Of a stretch of 64,000 nt of DNA, positions 39,001-50,934 are shown in pieces. The stretch's first letter is position 1; each line of letters opens with the position of its first letter. Position numbers and translations under genes: made by a program. Under the pieces are notes generated by a model. The model was not told the origin of the DNA. It searched no databases and was given only the letters and a program-made list of their open reading frames with translations. This stretch comes from Camelus ferus (lineage: Eukaryota). The stretch is taken from assembly GCF_009834535.1 (NCBI RefSeq), contig NC_045696.1:61444001-61508000 (forward strand), read 5' to 3'.

Positions 39001-42000
39001 GATCTTGAGGAAAATCATTTTATTTTATTATAGTCAGAATTTAAGTGCTCAATCAGAAATGGATTAAGTTTGTAAATTACCAAATTTCTTACATTATATC
39101 CATCTCTCTTACTCTTTTATAACCAAGTAGCTTTGAATTTGGAACAATTCAGCTCAAGGGGGTGTTGTTAATCACAGACTGAATTCATAAGAATCCTCAA
39201 AGTTATCAGGCCTAATATTAATCATCTCTCTTAAAAAAATTATATAAAACAAACTAGGATCTTGATCTGTAGGTGAGTGTGTGGGTACTTTCCCACCTTG
39301 TGGTTTTACCTGTGGGAGAAAGGTGAGGAGAGGAGGGAGAAAGGAGGGAGGGGAGAGAGAAGGAGAAAGATGATAAACTGGTCCATAGATACCTACTAGT
39401 TTCAGTTTGAAAATCCCGGAAACCATCAAATATTGAACGTGCAGGCCGTCGTCTTTTAGGAGCTTCAGGAGGAAAACATAGAATTGATACAAAAATTGAA
39501 ACATTAATTTTGTAACAATTCTAAAAACACCCTTATCTGTAAGAATTTCTGATTTTAAGACACTCAGATTCATAATGGTGCTCTCCTTCAAAAAATAACA
39601 TATTTTAAAAACCTTCAAAAAAAAAAAAAAAACCTTCAGATCATTCATATATAACTAACCCAACCATCTTCAACCCAACCATTTTGTCTTACAAAAAAGA
39701 AAATTAAGGCCCAGTTAAGGAGACTTGGCCAAACCTGTGTAAAGAGATAGGAAGGAAGATTTTGAGGATGACTCCCCATGGTGATGAAACTACATACATA
39801 TTATGCAAATATCGAATTCAGGTTAGTCTAAGGGATCTGACTATACCCTTTGGTAGAATGCTTGAGTAAGTTCCAAACCATAATATTTAAGAACTACCTC
39901 TTAGTAAGTGGATACACATGTAGAAATATAAACACCAAAAAACATTTTTAATTCTGGAGGAAAACATTTTTCCACTGTTATGGAAAAGTGAACTGAGCCA
40001 AGGTCTTCTGATACCCTTGTATACTGTCTATTATCCAACCCTTAAGTATTGTATGGATAAAGTTTAGAAAACAACAATCAAAATGTTATTTTCCTACATT
40101 ACATATTCTTGAACCTAAAAATATTACCAAGTCATTTATATACACTACAGTAAATATGAACATTTAATGATTCTTTCAATATGGGTAACAGTAATTAAGC
40201 TGGATTATGGCAAGCCTGGCCAACTTGTATCCAGAACAATGTTCCATGTTAACAAATAATAATTAAGATAGTAGGATTAGATAGAAACTATAAAAGTTCC
40301 CCTATCCCATGTTAAAGCATCTTCCCCATCAGCCTGTGTTGTCCATTATATAGGTTAATTCTTTTAATCTAAGAACTACTGAGTAAAAAGGAAAACAAAA
40401 CAAAAACAACAAAAAATGGAGAAGCATGTTGAAAACAATTCCATATTTGTTTAAAGCATTGTCTGTCCATATATCACTTCTGCACATATGTGTATCAGTA
40501 TTTATATTAAAGAATAACAATAGTATCTCTAGGAAAAGGAATTTGGTACACATGAGAGACTTCTATATCTCAGCTTTGCACTGAATTTTAAAATTTAAAT
40601 TGAATTTTACATTTAAATTGCTTTATTTTACTGACTAAATTATATGAATTATTTTATATTTTTTCTACTTAAGTGTATAAGATTTAAATATTACATTATT
40701 TTTCTCTCCTTAACTATATAAATAAGAAGCAAGAAATGTTATTCTTTTCAACCTTGGAATTATTTTTAATCGAGTTCCTATTTTAAAAGTGTATGTTTCT
40801 AACAGGAATAATATAATCTCTCAAACAATGCCTTCATAAACTCATTACCAGATACTCTTTAACCATAACAATTAAGAAAGTAAGAGTATCTTAGGATAAG
40901 ATATAGAATAGCTGCCTGAGAAAGCATATTATTATTCAGGAGGTAGGACATAAAAGGTAGTTTTCTTTTACTTTTCAATTGCCAAAGGCAGGTTAGTTAA
41001 TATTCTATATTACTTCACACACACACACACACACACTCTCTCTCTCACTCTCTCTCTCTCCCCACCATTTAGCCCTTCTCTATCAGACATAATCTCCTGG
41101 AGATTCATACTAGTTCTTCTTATTGCTAGCTTTCCAGTCACTACCCTCTTTGATTTCTTGGGCTTCATAACCTGCTCCCATTTGTTTCCCCTTTCTTCAT
41201 CCTAAATTTAACCAAGAACCTCTTCTCAGATTACACCTCTAGCTCTAGGACCATTATTACTTCTGCCTGCCTCTTCAGTACGTGGTTTCCTGACTCTTTC
41301 AAACCACCTGCTATAAGTAAACATCAGTCCTCTGTACTCTTACTCTACTGCCCACATTTAAGTGTTGGTCACTGAGGTCAAAGAGGTTAAGCTACAAAGA
41401 ACTGAAAGAGATTCAAAAGGAGCTTCATAGTCAGAACAGGTGAGAGAGACAGAGAGCAAAATTCAATGAGAGGAGTGGCACTATTTCACATTTTCACAAA
41501 TCTGTTAATAACTGGTATAAGAGAAGACACGTGAATTTGTAGATTTGCTTCTGCATTCAATTTGCTGTCATCCCTTTAGTTCAAGTACATGAAGAAAATT
41601 AAAAGTCAGCTTCACACAGATATGTAGTAGGAAAAAGAAAGAGTATTTTAATAGTGTTTTAAGATAATTGTGAACATTTTCCTTTGATACACCAGAACTC
41701 AACCAGTGGTAGTTTCTTAAAGGTTAGCTGCAACATGGAATCTGAAATCTTATCAATGAACTTTTCATACTCTGCTCTATTGAAAACCACTGTTCTATGT
41801 GGTAGACAGACACTATGATGGCCCCCAATTATACCTATCTCCCAGTATTCATAAACTGTGTGTGAGTATCTTGAGGATGGGAAGGATCAAACAGAATGTA
41901 GCAGTGGTGATGGGATGTCACTTTCAACACTAGGTTACAAAAAGATGGTGGCTTCCATCCTGGGCTGCCCCTCTCTGACTCTCTCGCTTGCTCTACAGTA

Positions 42001-44049
42001 AGGAGCTGTTATCTCCAGCCAACCAACAGCCACATGAGTGAGCTTAGAAGATCTTCCTCTAGTCAAACTGAGGAAGCTCTGGCTGACATCCTGATTACAT
42101 CCTACAAGAGACCCTAAACAGAGGCACCCAGATAAGCCACACCTGGATTCCTGACCCACAGAAACTGATATAGCAAATGTTTATCATTTCAGGAAGCTGA
42201 ATTTGGAAGCAATTTGTTACACAGTAATAGACATCTAATCTATATTGTAAATGTAGATTATTTATATATAGATCTGAATAGATCTTTTACCCATGCACAA
42301 TTTTGTAATATTGTGCTTTGGACATTTGAAAATATTTGTTCACTGAGTTATGCAAATATTCCAAGTAGTAACCATTTCATCATACAATACATATTTTTTT
42401 AAATCAACTGTTAGTATCACCACTAATCTCATCAGAAAGCCAGTATTGGGAAGCTATCAAGCTCAAAATCATGGACATAAACTTTCTAAAATTCTGATTT
42501 CTGCCTGAAAGCTTTTTCTGTTCTTTTCTTAAATCATTGGTAACAAATGTCAGTTGTTTGTCCTGAAGCAGTAACAGGCTTTGTTCACATTCAAGAAAAT
42601 GTCTCCCAAATGCCTAAGTCTAATATACTACAGTCTGTCAGTAATCTTTCAAGAAAAATAATGTTCCATAAAAAATCAGCTAGTTTAGTTTTCACCTCAA
42701 ATAACTGTACAAGTGTTTTTCTTTAAAGTAACAATACTTCAGTATGCAGAAGTGCTTTATGCACACATCTTATTTCATCAAACAGAGTTGTTTAAAAATG
42801 TATACTCAAGGATCAAGATTTAATAAAATTAATTTTACTACTTCATCAAGAACATTATTAAGTAAAATTGGCTTTTTTTTTAATTGCTAGTAAGTGCATG
42901 TCAGTGAAGAATTCAATGGAGTAGCAGCAGTTTGGAGCCACTGTCCTGATTCAATTAAGATGTAGCAGTTTGTCATATCACTGCTTCTGAATCATCAGTC
43001 CAAATGTCAACACAATGAAAAAGGCAAATAACTTGTTAGTATCATTATGAAAAAAGTTTTGATCTTACAGACCCCCTGAAGGGGCATCAGGGACTCCCAG
43101 ACCACACTTTAAGAATCACACTTTAAATCAATACTATCCTAAGAAGGAAACAGTTCTCCAAAAACCTTTTGAAACTTAGAATAAGGTCTAATAATGAAAG
43201 TTAGGACTGACTTCATAACTGCGTAAAGTCACTCTCAATCCCCTCCTTAATATACATCAAACCAAAGATAAAGGGAGAAAGTGGGATTTCAAAAGGGAAC
43301 TCTTCTGCCTCTGTTAAATAGTAAAATAGCACAGTATCTATTTGCTATAGTCTTCCCCACTCAAAGATCCTGCCTCATTCCTTGGAATAAAAGATTAAGC
43401 TTATAAGGGCATTACTCCTCAGCTCCAAAGCCTATTCATAACATTTATACAAAAAAATCATGAACAATGCTTTATAACTTCTAGTATATTAACAGCACAA
43501 TGGCTAGCTAAATCAGTCTAGAGAGCAGATTTTTTACTTCAATATTCAGAACTTAGTTTTCTTCCTCCCATCTTTATTTCTTTATTTTTAAATTTTTTTG
43601 AAGTATAGTCGATTTACAATGTTGTATTAATTCCTGGTGTACAGCAGTGATTCAATTATACACACACACACACACACATATTCCTTTTCATATTTTTTCA
43701 TTATAAGCTATTACAAGCTATTGAATATAGTTCCTTGTGCTATACAGGAGGACTCTGTTGTTTATCTGTTTTATATATAGTAGTATCTGCAACTCCTAAA
43801 CTCCCAATTTATCCCACAATGCCCCCTTTCCCCACCCCACAAACAAAAGTTTGTTTTCTATGTCTATGAGTCTGTTTCTATTTTGTAAATAAGTTAATCT
43901 GTCTCATTTTTTAAAATTCCACATATAAGTGATATATGGTATTTTTCTTTCTCTTTCTGGCTTACTTCACTTAGTATGACAATCTCCAGGTCCATCCAAA
44001 TGTTGCTGAAAATGGCACTATTTTAATTTTTTATGGCTGAGTAATATTC

Positions 44050-44107
<58 letters not shown>

Positions 44108-47100
44108 TTGTGTATCATGTTCCTTATCCAATCATCTGTTGATGGACATTTAGATTGCTTCCATGTCTTGGCTATTGTAAATAGTGTTGCTATGCAATGG
44201 GGTGAATGTATCTTTTTGAATTAGTGCTTCCTCTGAATACATATGCCCAGGAATGGGACTGCTGGATCATATGGTAAATCTACGTTTAGCTTTTTAAGGA
44301 ATCTCAATACTGTTTTCCATAATGGCTACACCAAACTACATGCCCAGCAACGGTGTAGGAGGGTTCCCTTTTCTCCACACCCTCTCCAGCATTTATTGTT
44401 TCTTTCCATCTTTTTTCTGAATCTAGACAGTATATTCTTTTACTCTTTCTGACAGTAAGCCCCAAAGCTGCCATATTAAAGAACAATCTTAAAACTTTCA
44501 ACTAAGGTGCTTTTGAAATCAAAAGATATGGTTTATATAATTTTCTTCATCCTTTTCTTATAACTTATTTCTACCTTTATTTTAGTTTACCTATGAAACT
44601 TTTTATAGGCTTATTTCTTTGTATAATTGTTCTCAATATATACAATATACATTTCTATGTCTCTGTCTACCCAACCAAATCATAACTTTATCTTCTGTTT
44701 TTAATAGACATATTAATGCCTAAAATATCTGGCTACCTTACAAAAGGTATATAAGCACATATTAAAATAAAAACTGTAAGTTTTCTTTAAATCTGATTAA
44801 ATGCCCCATTTTCTACCATCTTGTACCCCAGACTGATACCACAATTTTTTTGCATGGATTAGAGACTACTTTCTCCTTTGTTCAACATACGAATAGCACT
44901 TTTAAAAATTAAGAAAGAGTGAAGGTACAGCATACCAAGACAGTAAGGATATGGCAGTCAAGTTAGTATCCAGAAATAAAAAAATAATTGGAATCTTTTA
45001 ATAATGATAGATTTGTTTCCATTATAAGGCAGCAGTTCTTTTTGCTTATTTTCCTCCTTTTGGCCTTCTGCAACAACTATCAACTTTTTAATCTAGTTCA
45101 CTCCTTAGAAAGAACTAACTCTGCAACTTTCCTGAGGGAAGTACAGAATTACAAGATAAGAACTGACTCTACTTAAAGTAACAATCTCTGAGCAAGCCTT
45201 TACATCTTTTGATAGCTTCATTAAAATCCTGAAGACAACAATAAAGTCAAAGCTAAGGGAAAAAGGTGAACTTACCACCAAACAAAGGTTCTGGTTCCAC
45301 CAATATTTCCTGCTTTTGAGGAATTGGGGCACGAACTTCCTCTCTAGTTAAAAAAAAAAGTTGGAAAATATCCAAATGACAACTGTTTTCTGCTACCTGT
45401 TGTTGCTGTAAACTACTGTAAATGCATGCAAATTAACAGGTCAAACAAACAACAGATTTAGTGACCTTTAGGAACTACATTAAATTATGATAAATGGTTT
45501 CCACATAGAGATCAACTGGAATAAAGTACCTGGCGTAGATAGCTCAAATGGGTTTATAAAGAAAACAAACAGAAAAATAAAAAAATATTTCCTCTTTCCT
45601 CTAAGTTCTCCTAAATTCTTTAAGAAAAAAGAGAGGGGGGAAAAACAAAACAAAAACAAAAACCTCATGCAGAAAATTAGCAGAAAAATATAAGCTTAAT
45701 AAAAGCAGTATTATATCACCACTACATCAAATAATAATTAAATCACAGATATATTTTAAAAAGCAGTTAATTTTATGCTAGTCATGAAGATGGCTAACAT
45801 AGGTATTACCCTTGGATTATTTATTAAATAGGCACTAATATATATAGAACAGAAAAAGTAATTACTCATCTTTTAAATGTCTATAAACTCTTCAAAGTCT
45901 GCTTTCAGAGGGTTTACCAATAATCCATCTGTTCTAGTGAAAATATTCATTTAGCTATATTATAAAACTGGTATATATCCCTTTATATATACACCAGTTT
46001 TAATATTTGAGTTAAAACTAAAATAATTAATTCTGCTGATTAATGTTCATAAAAAGTAATAGTAAGTTCCAAATTTATTATGGTCTTGATTATAATAAAT
46101 GTTAAATTAAGCCTAATGTTTTTCATTCAGGTGTTTCTAATAGTAATAACTGAGTTTAAGGCTCTGTTTCTGACATTTAAAAGTTGGAACTTCAAAACAT
46201 ATTTTATTTAATAAATAAAAACTCATTTGTCAACAAAAACTAACATCCTGTAATCAAAGAACAGCTAGTTAGACAAATAAATCTACAATAAGCCAAATGA
46301 CAGAAGGATAAAAAATAATTCATCACTACTCACAGAATTTCAATAATCTGAAGAAACAGACAATGTGTCTAACAGGAAGCTCTATTAAACCTTTTATACC
46401 AAAGAGAAATCGGCCATTATCTTAAGAAAACTAAAAATTTAAAAGACATCTCTTACCTGAATAAATCTTTCCATTATTGGCATACTTCACTTTACTCTGT
46501 GTGTGTGTGTGTTATGTGTGTGTGTATAGAATTCTTTTGATCTAAGGCAATTTAATTACTCAAAAAACAAGCCTTAATCTGATAAAATACATCAATTAGG
46601 ATGATGGATTAAAGAGTAATCCCTATGAAGAAAGACCTGATTATTATATATTTGAGGGTACCTATTCCAAGATTGCTAGCTTCCTAACAAAATGGAAGAA
46701 TGGAACAGAAGAAGGTGAACTATAAAGAGTAAAAATTATAGTTTAGGAAGTAGGTGCCACTATCAAATGTTAATCATTAGTAATACAAATAATCTAAGTC
46801 AAATTATAATATAATTTGGTAGGAAAAGACATTCATTAATCAAAACTATTTCTAAATAAGACTAAGAAAACATGTTTTAAACAGTGAGGACTGATAATGT
46901 TCTCCCAAATCAGCTGTGAATATCTGTTATTCAAGTTTCTGTAAACTTGACTTAACTTCTGTAAATCATGCTTCCATATTGATTTCCATTAAAAATTTGA
47001 GTTTGGTTGGTGTAGAATGGGCTATCACATTTGAAATACATGGTCAACATTGTGAGGAAAAAACTTTATAAGATAAACTTTAAAGTTCACACTTCTTATG

Positions 47101-50100
47101 GAAACAATATTACTCTAGATTCTGGAACTAGATAAAAGAGTATTCCTAATACTATTTGACTTTTTAAATCCAATTTAGTAAAAATAAAAAACCATGTCTT
47201 TTGCCTATTCTTATTTAAGGGGATTCCTCTTATTTAGTATCTCATGTTGTAAACACTGAAGAGTTATAAGGGACTATGAGTATTAAACACTTATTTAAGG
47301 ATCTTTGAAATTTTATTTCAAAAATCAATGTTTTCCTTTGAGTAGCATTCATTCTAGTATTTTCCAGAGACTACTGGAATTTGGCCTAACAGATATTCAT
47401 TTCAAACTCTCACTGGTGTCAAATATAGAGGATAGAAAACATCAAATCTGTTCACCATTTATTACTATTCTCTATATATTAAGTTGTATATACTGAAGGT
47501 ACTTTAATAATTAGCTACATATAGCTATTTAAGGTATAAAGGATTAGAATTACTTATCAAAAATTTTTCATGACAACTCAAAACTTTCCTGGGACAATGG
47601 AGGAAAATCTAGAATTGGGAAATCTGAGTTTTACTGGGCTTTAGTTCCATATCTGCTGCTTAATTGCTATATAGCTCAGGGAAATGGCTATGCTTCTGCT
47701 TTCTCTGTAAAATGTGGATAATAATGCCAGACTATAGGATTCTTTTGAGTATTATATAGGCTTGACAGTGCTTTAGAGAATTTAAAGCATATAGGTATAA
47801 AAATTTCCACCTAACACATTTTCAGATGCTTTCAACCTTTCATTTGTTCAAAAACAAAGAATTAACCTAACTGATAAAAACATAACTATTCAATTTTGGC
47901 AGGGGGTAGCTCCCAATAATAAATAATAAATTCATACTCGGTGTGTGGTCTGACAGTGGAGACACTTGCAGAACTGGTACTGGGCTCTTCAGCGATTCCT
48001 CCACCATCCAAAAACATAGTGACTGCCATCTCCAGATTATTGTTGCAGGCTTCAAGCATATGTTTCCCTACACTTTCACTTGCACCTGAAATGGTATAGT
48101 AACAGGGGAAACATTTTAAAAAGACACCTTCTTACATTCAGTTCACATTAGAATACAGAATTCTCAAGCAAATTGATAATACTTCTCCCCCTTAGAATGA
48201 ATTTAAAAACAGAAAGGTCTGTTTGTTTACTTCCACACTGTTGGCTGATTAGTGTGAAATATACAGAGCTAGAAAAGTAGTAGCATTAAAATAGTAGTCT
48301 TCCTTCATAATAAAACAAAAACTAAGTAAAGCCTTTATTTGCCATTTCTTTAAATGGACCAATTATATATTTGTTACTAAACTGAAAAAGAAAAAGACTA
48401 TATTCTAGAAAGTTAGAAATACTTTGTTAGAAAGAATGCATTTCACTTAATTTGTTTCTATTAAAAAGAAAGCATTTTCATAACAACAGGAAAGAAGGGA
48501 GATGAGACATTTTTGTCAAAGATATAACTAAGTCAAAATCTGGTAAGAAATGTCAACCTTTATCATTTAAAACTGGCCCTATCACACACTTACTCATTTA
48601 TACAATAAAGCCAGCATAATCTGCTCAATGTAAGGTAAACTGGTAAAGCCCTTTAAGAAAGCAACTTTAAAACACATATCAAGAAACATAAAAATACTTT
48701 TTTGACTCAGCACTTTGGGCTTCTAAATAAATCTGTATAAAATATATGCATAAACATATCCATATATGCATCCAATATAGCTTCATTTAATACTGAAGAA
48801 AACTTAAGTGTCCAGTACTAGAGTCTAAACTGAAGAATCTATTTGGTGGAACATTCTGCGGCCATCAAAAAGTGTATAAGGCTTTCCATATGGGATGACT
48901 TTCTATCTCAATTGCGTCCCTTAGAGTCTCCTTCAGTGAGGTTGGGATGGGGGTTGGGGGTGTGGTGAAGGCTGGGGTTTTTTTTTTCGGTCTGAAAATG
49001 CCTTTATTTTGTTATTGTTCCTGAAAGACAGTTTCACTGCATACTCTATTTTAAGGATGACAGCTATTTTCTCTTAGTACATTGAAGATAGCATTCCAGT
49101 GTCCTCTGGCTTCTGTTGTTGCTTCTGGGAAGTAAGCTGCCAGACTAAAGAAAAACATTTTTATAGCAATATGTTGTTTCTCTCTAGATGCTATAAAGAT
49201 CTTCTTTGTCTTTGGTCTTCAGGGCTGATTTCATTTATCCTCCTTGGGATTCACCGGACTTCCACCATAATGATTGTTATCTTTTATCAGTTCTGAAAAA
49301 TTCTCAGATATTTCTATTTAACAATTATCTTACTCCACCATTCACACTTATTTCATTCTGGAACTCCAATTAGGTGTATGTTAGAACTCTTCACTCTATG
49401 CTGTGACAATTTGTTTTTTGTTCACTAAGCTTTTAATTTCAGTTTATTTTTCACAACTACAAGGTCTTAGAGTTTTTTTTCCCCCTAATCTGATTGGTCA
49501 TGTTTCAGAGACCCTTACTTCATACTCATATTTCAATCCTTTCATTTTTTTCAAATATATTAATCAAACTTACTAAAATTACTAAGAAAAACTTTCTGCA
49601 GTCTCTAGAAGTCACTGTCTCTTATTTCTGCTGGCTCCTGCTCACTGTGCCATGGTTTTTGTGCATTTTGTGATTTTTTTTTTTACTATGATCTCAAGTG
49701 TCTTGAAATTTTAACTTGCAGACTTTTATTTTTTTTCTTTTATTTATTTTTTATTGATTTACAATCATTTTACAATGTTGTGTCAAATTCCAGTGTAGAG
49801 CATCATTCTTCAGTCATACATGAACATATATACATTCATTGTCACATTTTTTTCTCTGTGAGCTACCATAAGATCTTGTGTATATTTCCCTGTGCTATAC
49901 AGTACAATCTTGTTTATCTATTCTACAATTTTGAAATCCCGTCTATCCCTTCCCATCCTCCACCCCCCTGGCAACCACAAGTCTGCAATCTATGTCTATG
50001 AGTCTATCTCTGCCCTGCATTCATGCTCTGTTTTTGTTTTTTTTGGTTTTTTTAGATTCCACACATGAGCGATCTCATATGGTATCTCTCTCTCTCTTTC

Positions 50101-50892
50101 TGGCCCACTTCACCCAGAATGACACTCTCCAGGTGCATCCATGTTGCTGCAAATGGCACCATGTTGTCAGCTCTTATGGCTGAGTAGCCTGAAGAATTTT
50201 AAACCCTGGGCTGAAGGTACATTCCTCCTAAGAGGATATGATTTGATAGATTTTGTAAGGTACCTGAGGGCACTACCAAACAGGGACTATTTAAAATACA
50301 TTCTTGACTTAAAAGTTTTATAAGACCACATGGTAAATGTGACCCTGTAAGGACCCTTGCTATAAATTCTCAATGAAGATATCTTCTGCCACTCCCCAAA
50401 TGCCAAGGTCCCAGCTTCATGAATGGGAGGGGTCTCCTTTCAGATTCCTCTCCTTAGGAAAGCTGCAGGCTTGTTTCCTGTTTCCTGTGCCCTATGAGGC
50501 TATCAAAAGAGAAGTTCAAAGCCATCCAGTTTGAGCAGATTTCACAACGGTGAAAGCTTACTTTAAAATCTAGCTAACATCTCATTTCCAATTTCATTTC
50601 ATTTTTAGCCTCTGATTATTCTGTACTTTCTTGCCAGCTCAATGATATATTTTGAGTTTTTATTCAGGATTTTTTTTCTCAGTTGGGAGGGTTATTCATA
50701 ATCTCTCTTTAGTTTAACCCTACTGCCAGAAATGGAAGTGCTAACTCTACTCTTAATATCTTTCATTTGTTTTCTCTTCTTTACTACTTTGTCTAAGGTT
50801 TTTAAATCAAGTCCCTAATTATTCTTACCTGGATTAGTATAATAGGCCCCTAACTGATTATCATTCTATCTTCTACCTTGCTGCTGAGGTTA

Positions 50893-50934
<42 letters not shown>

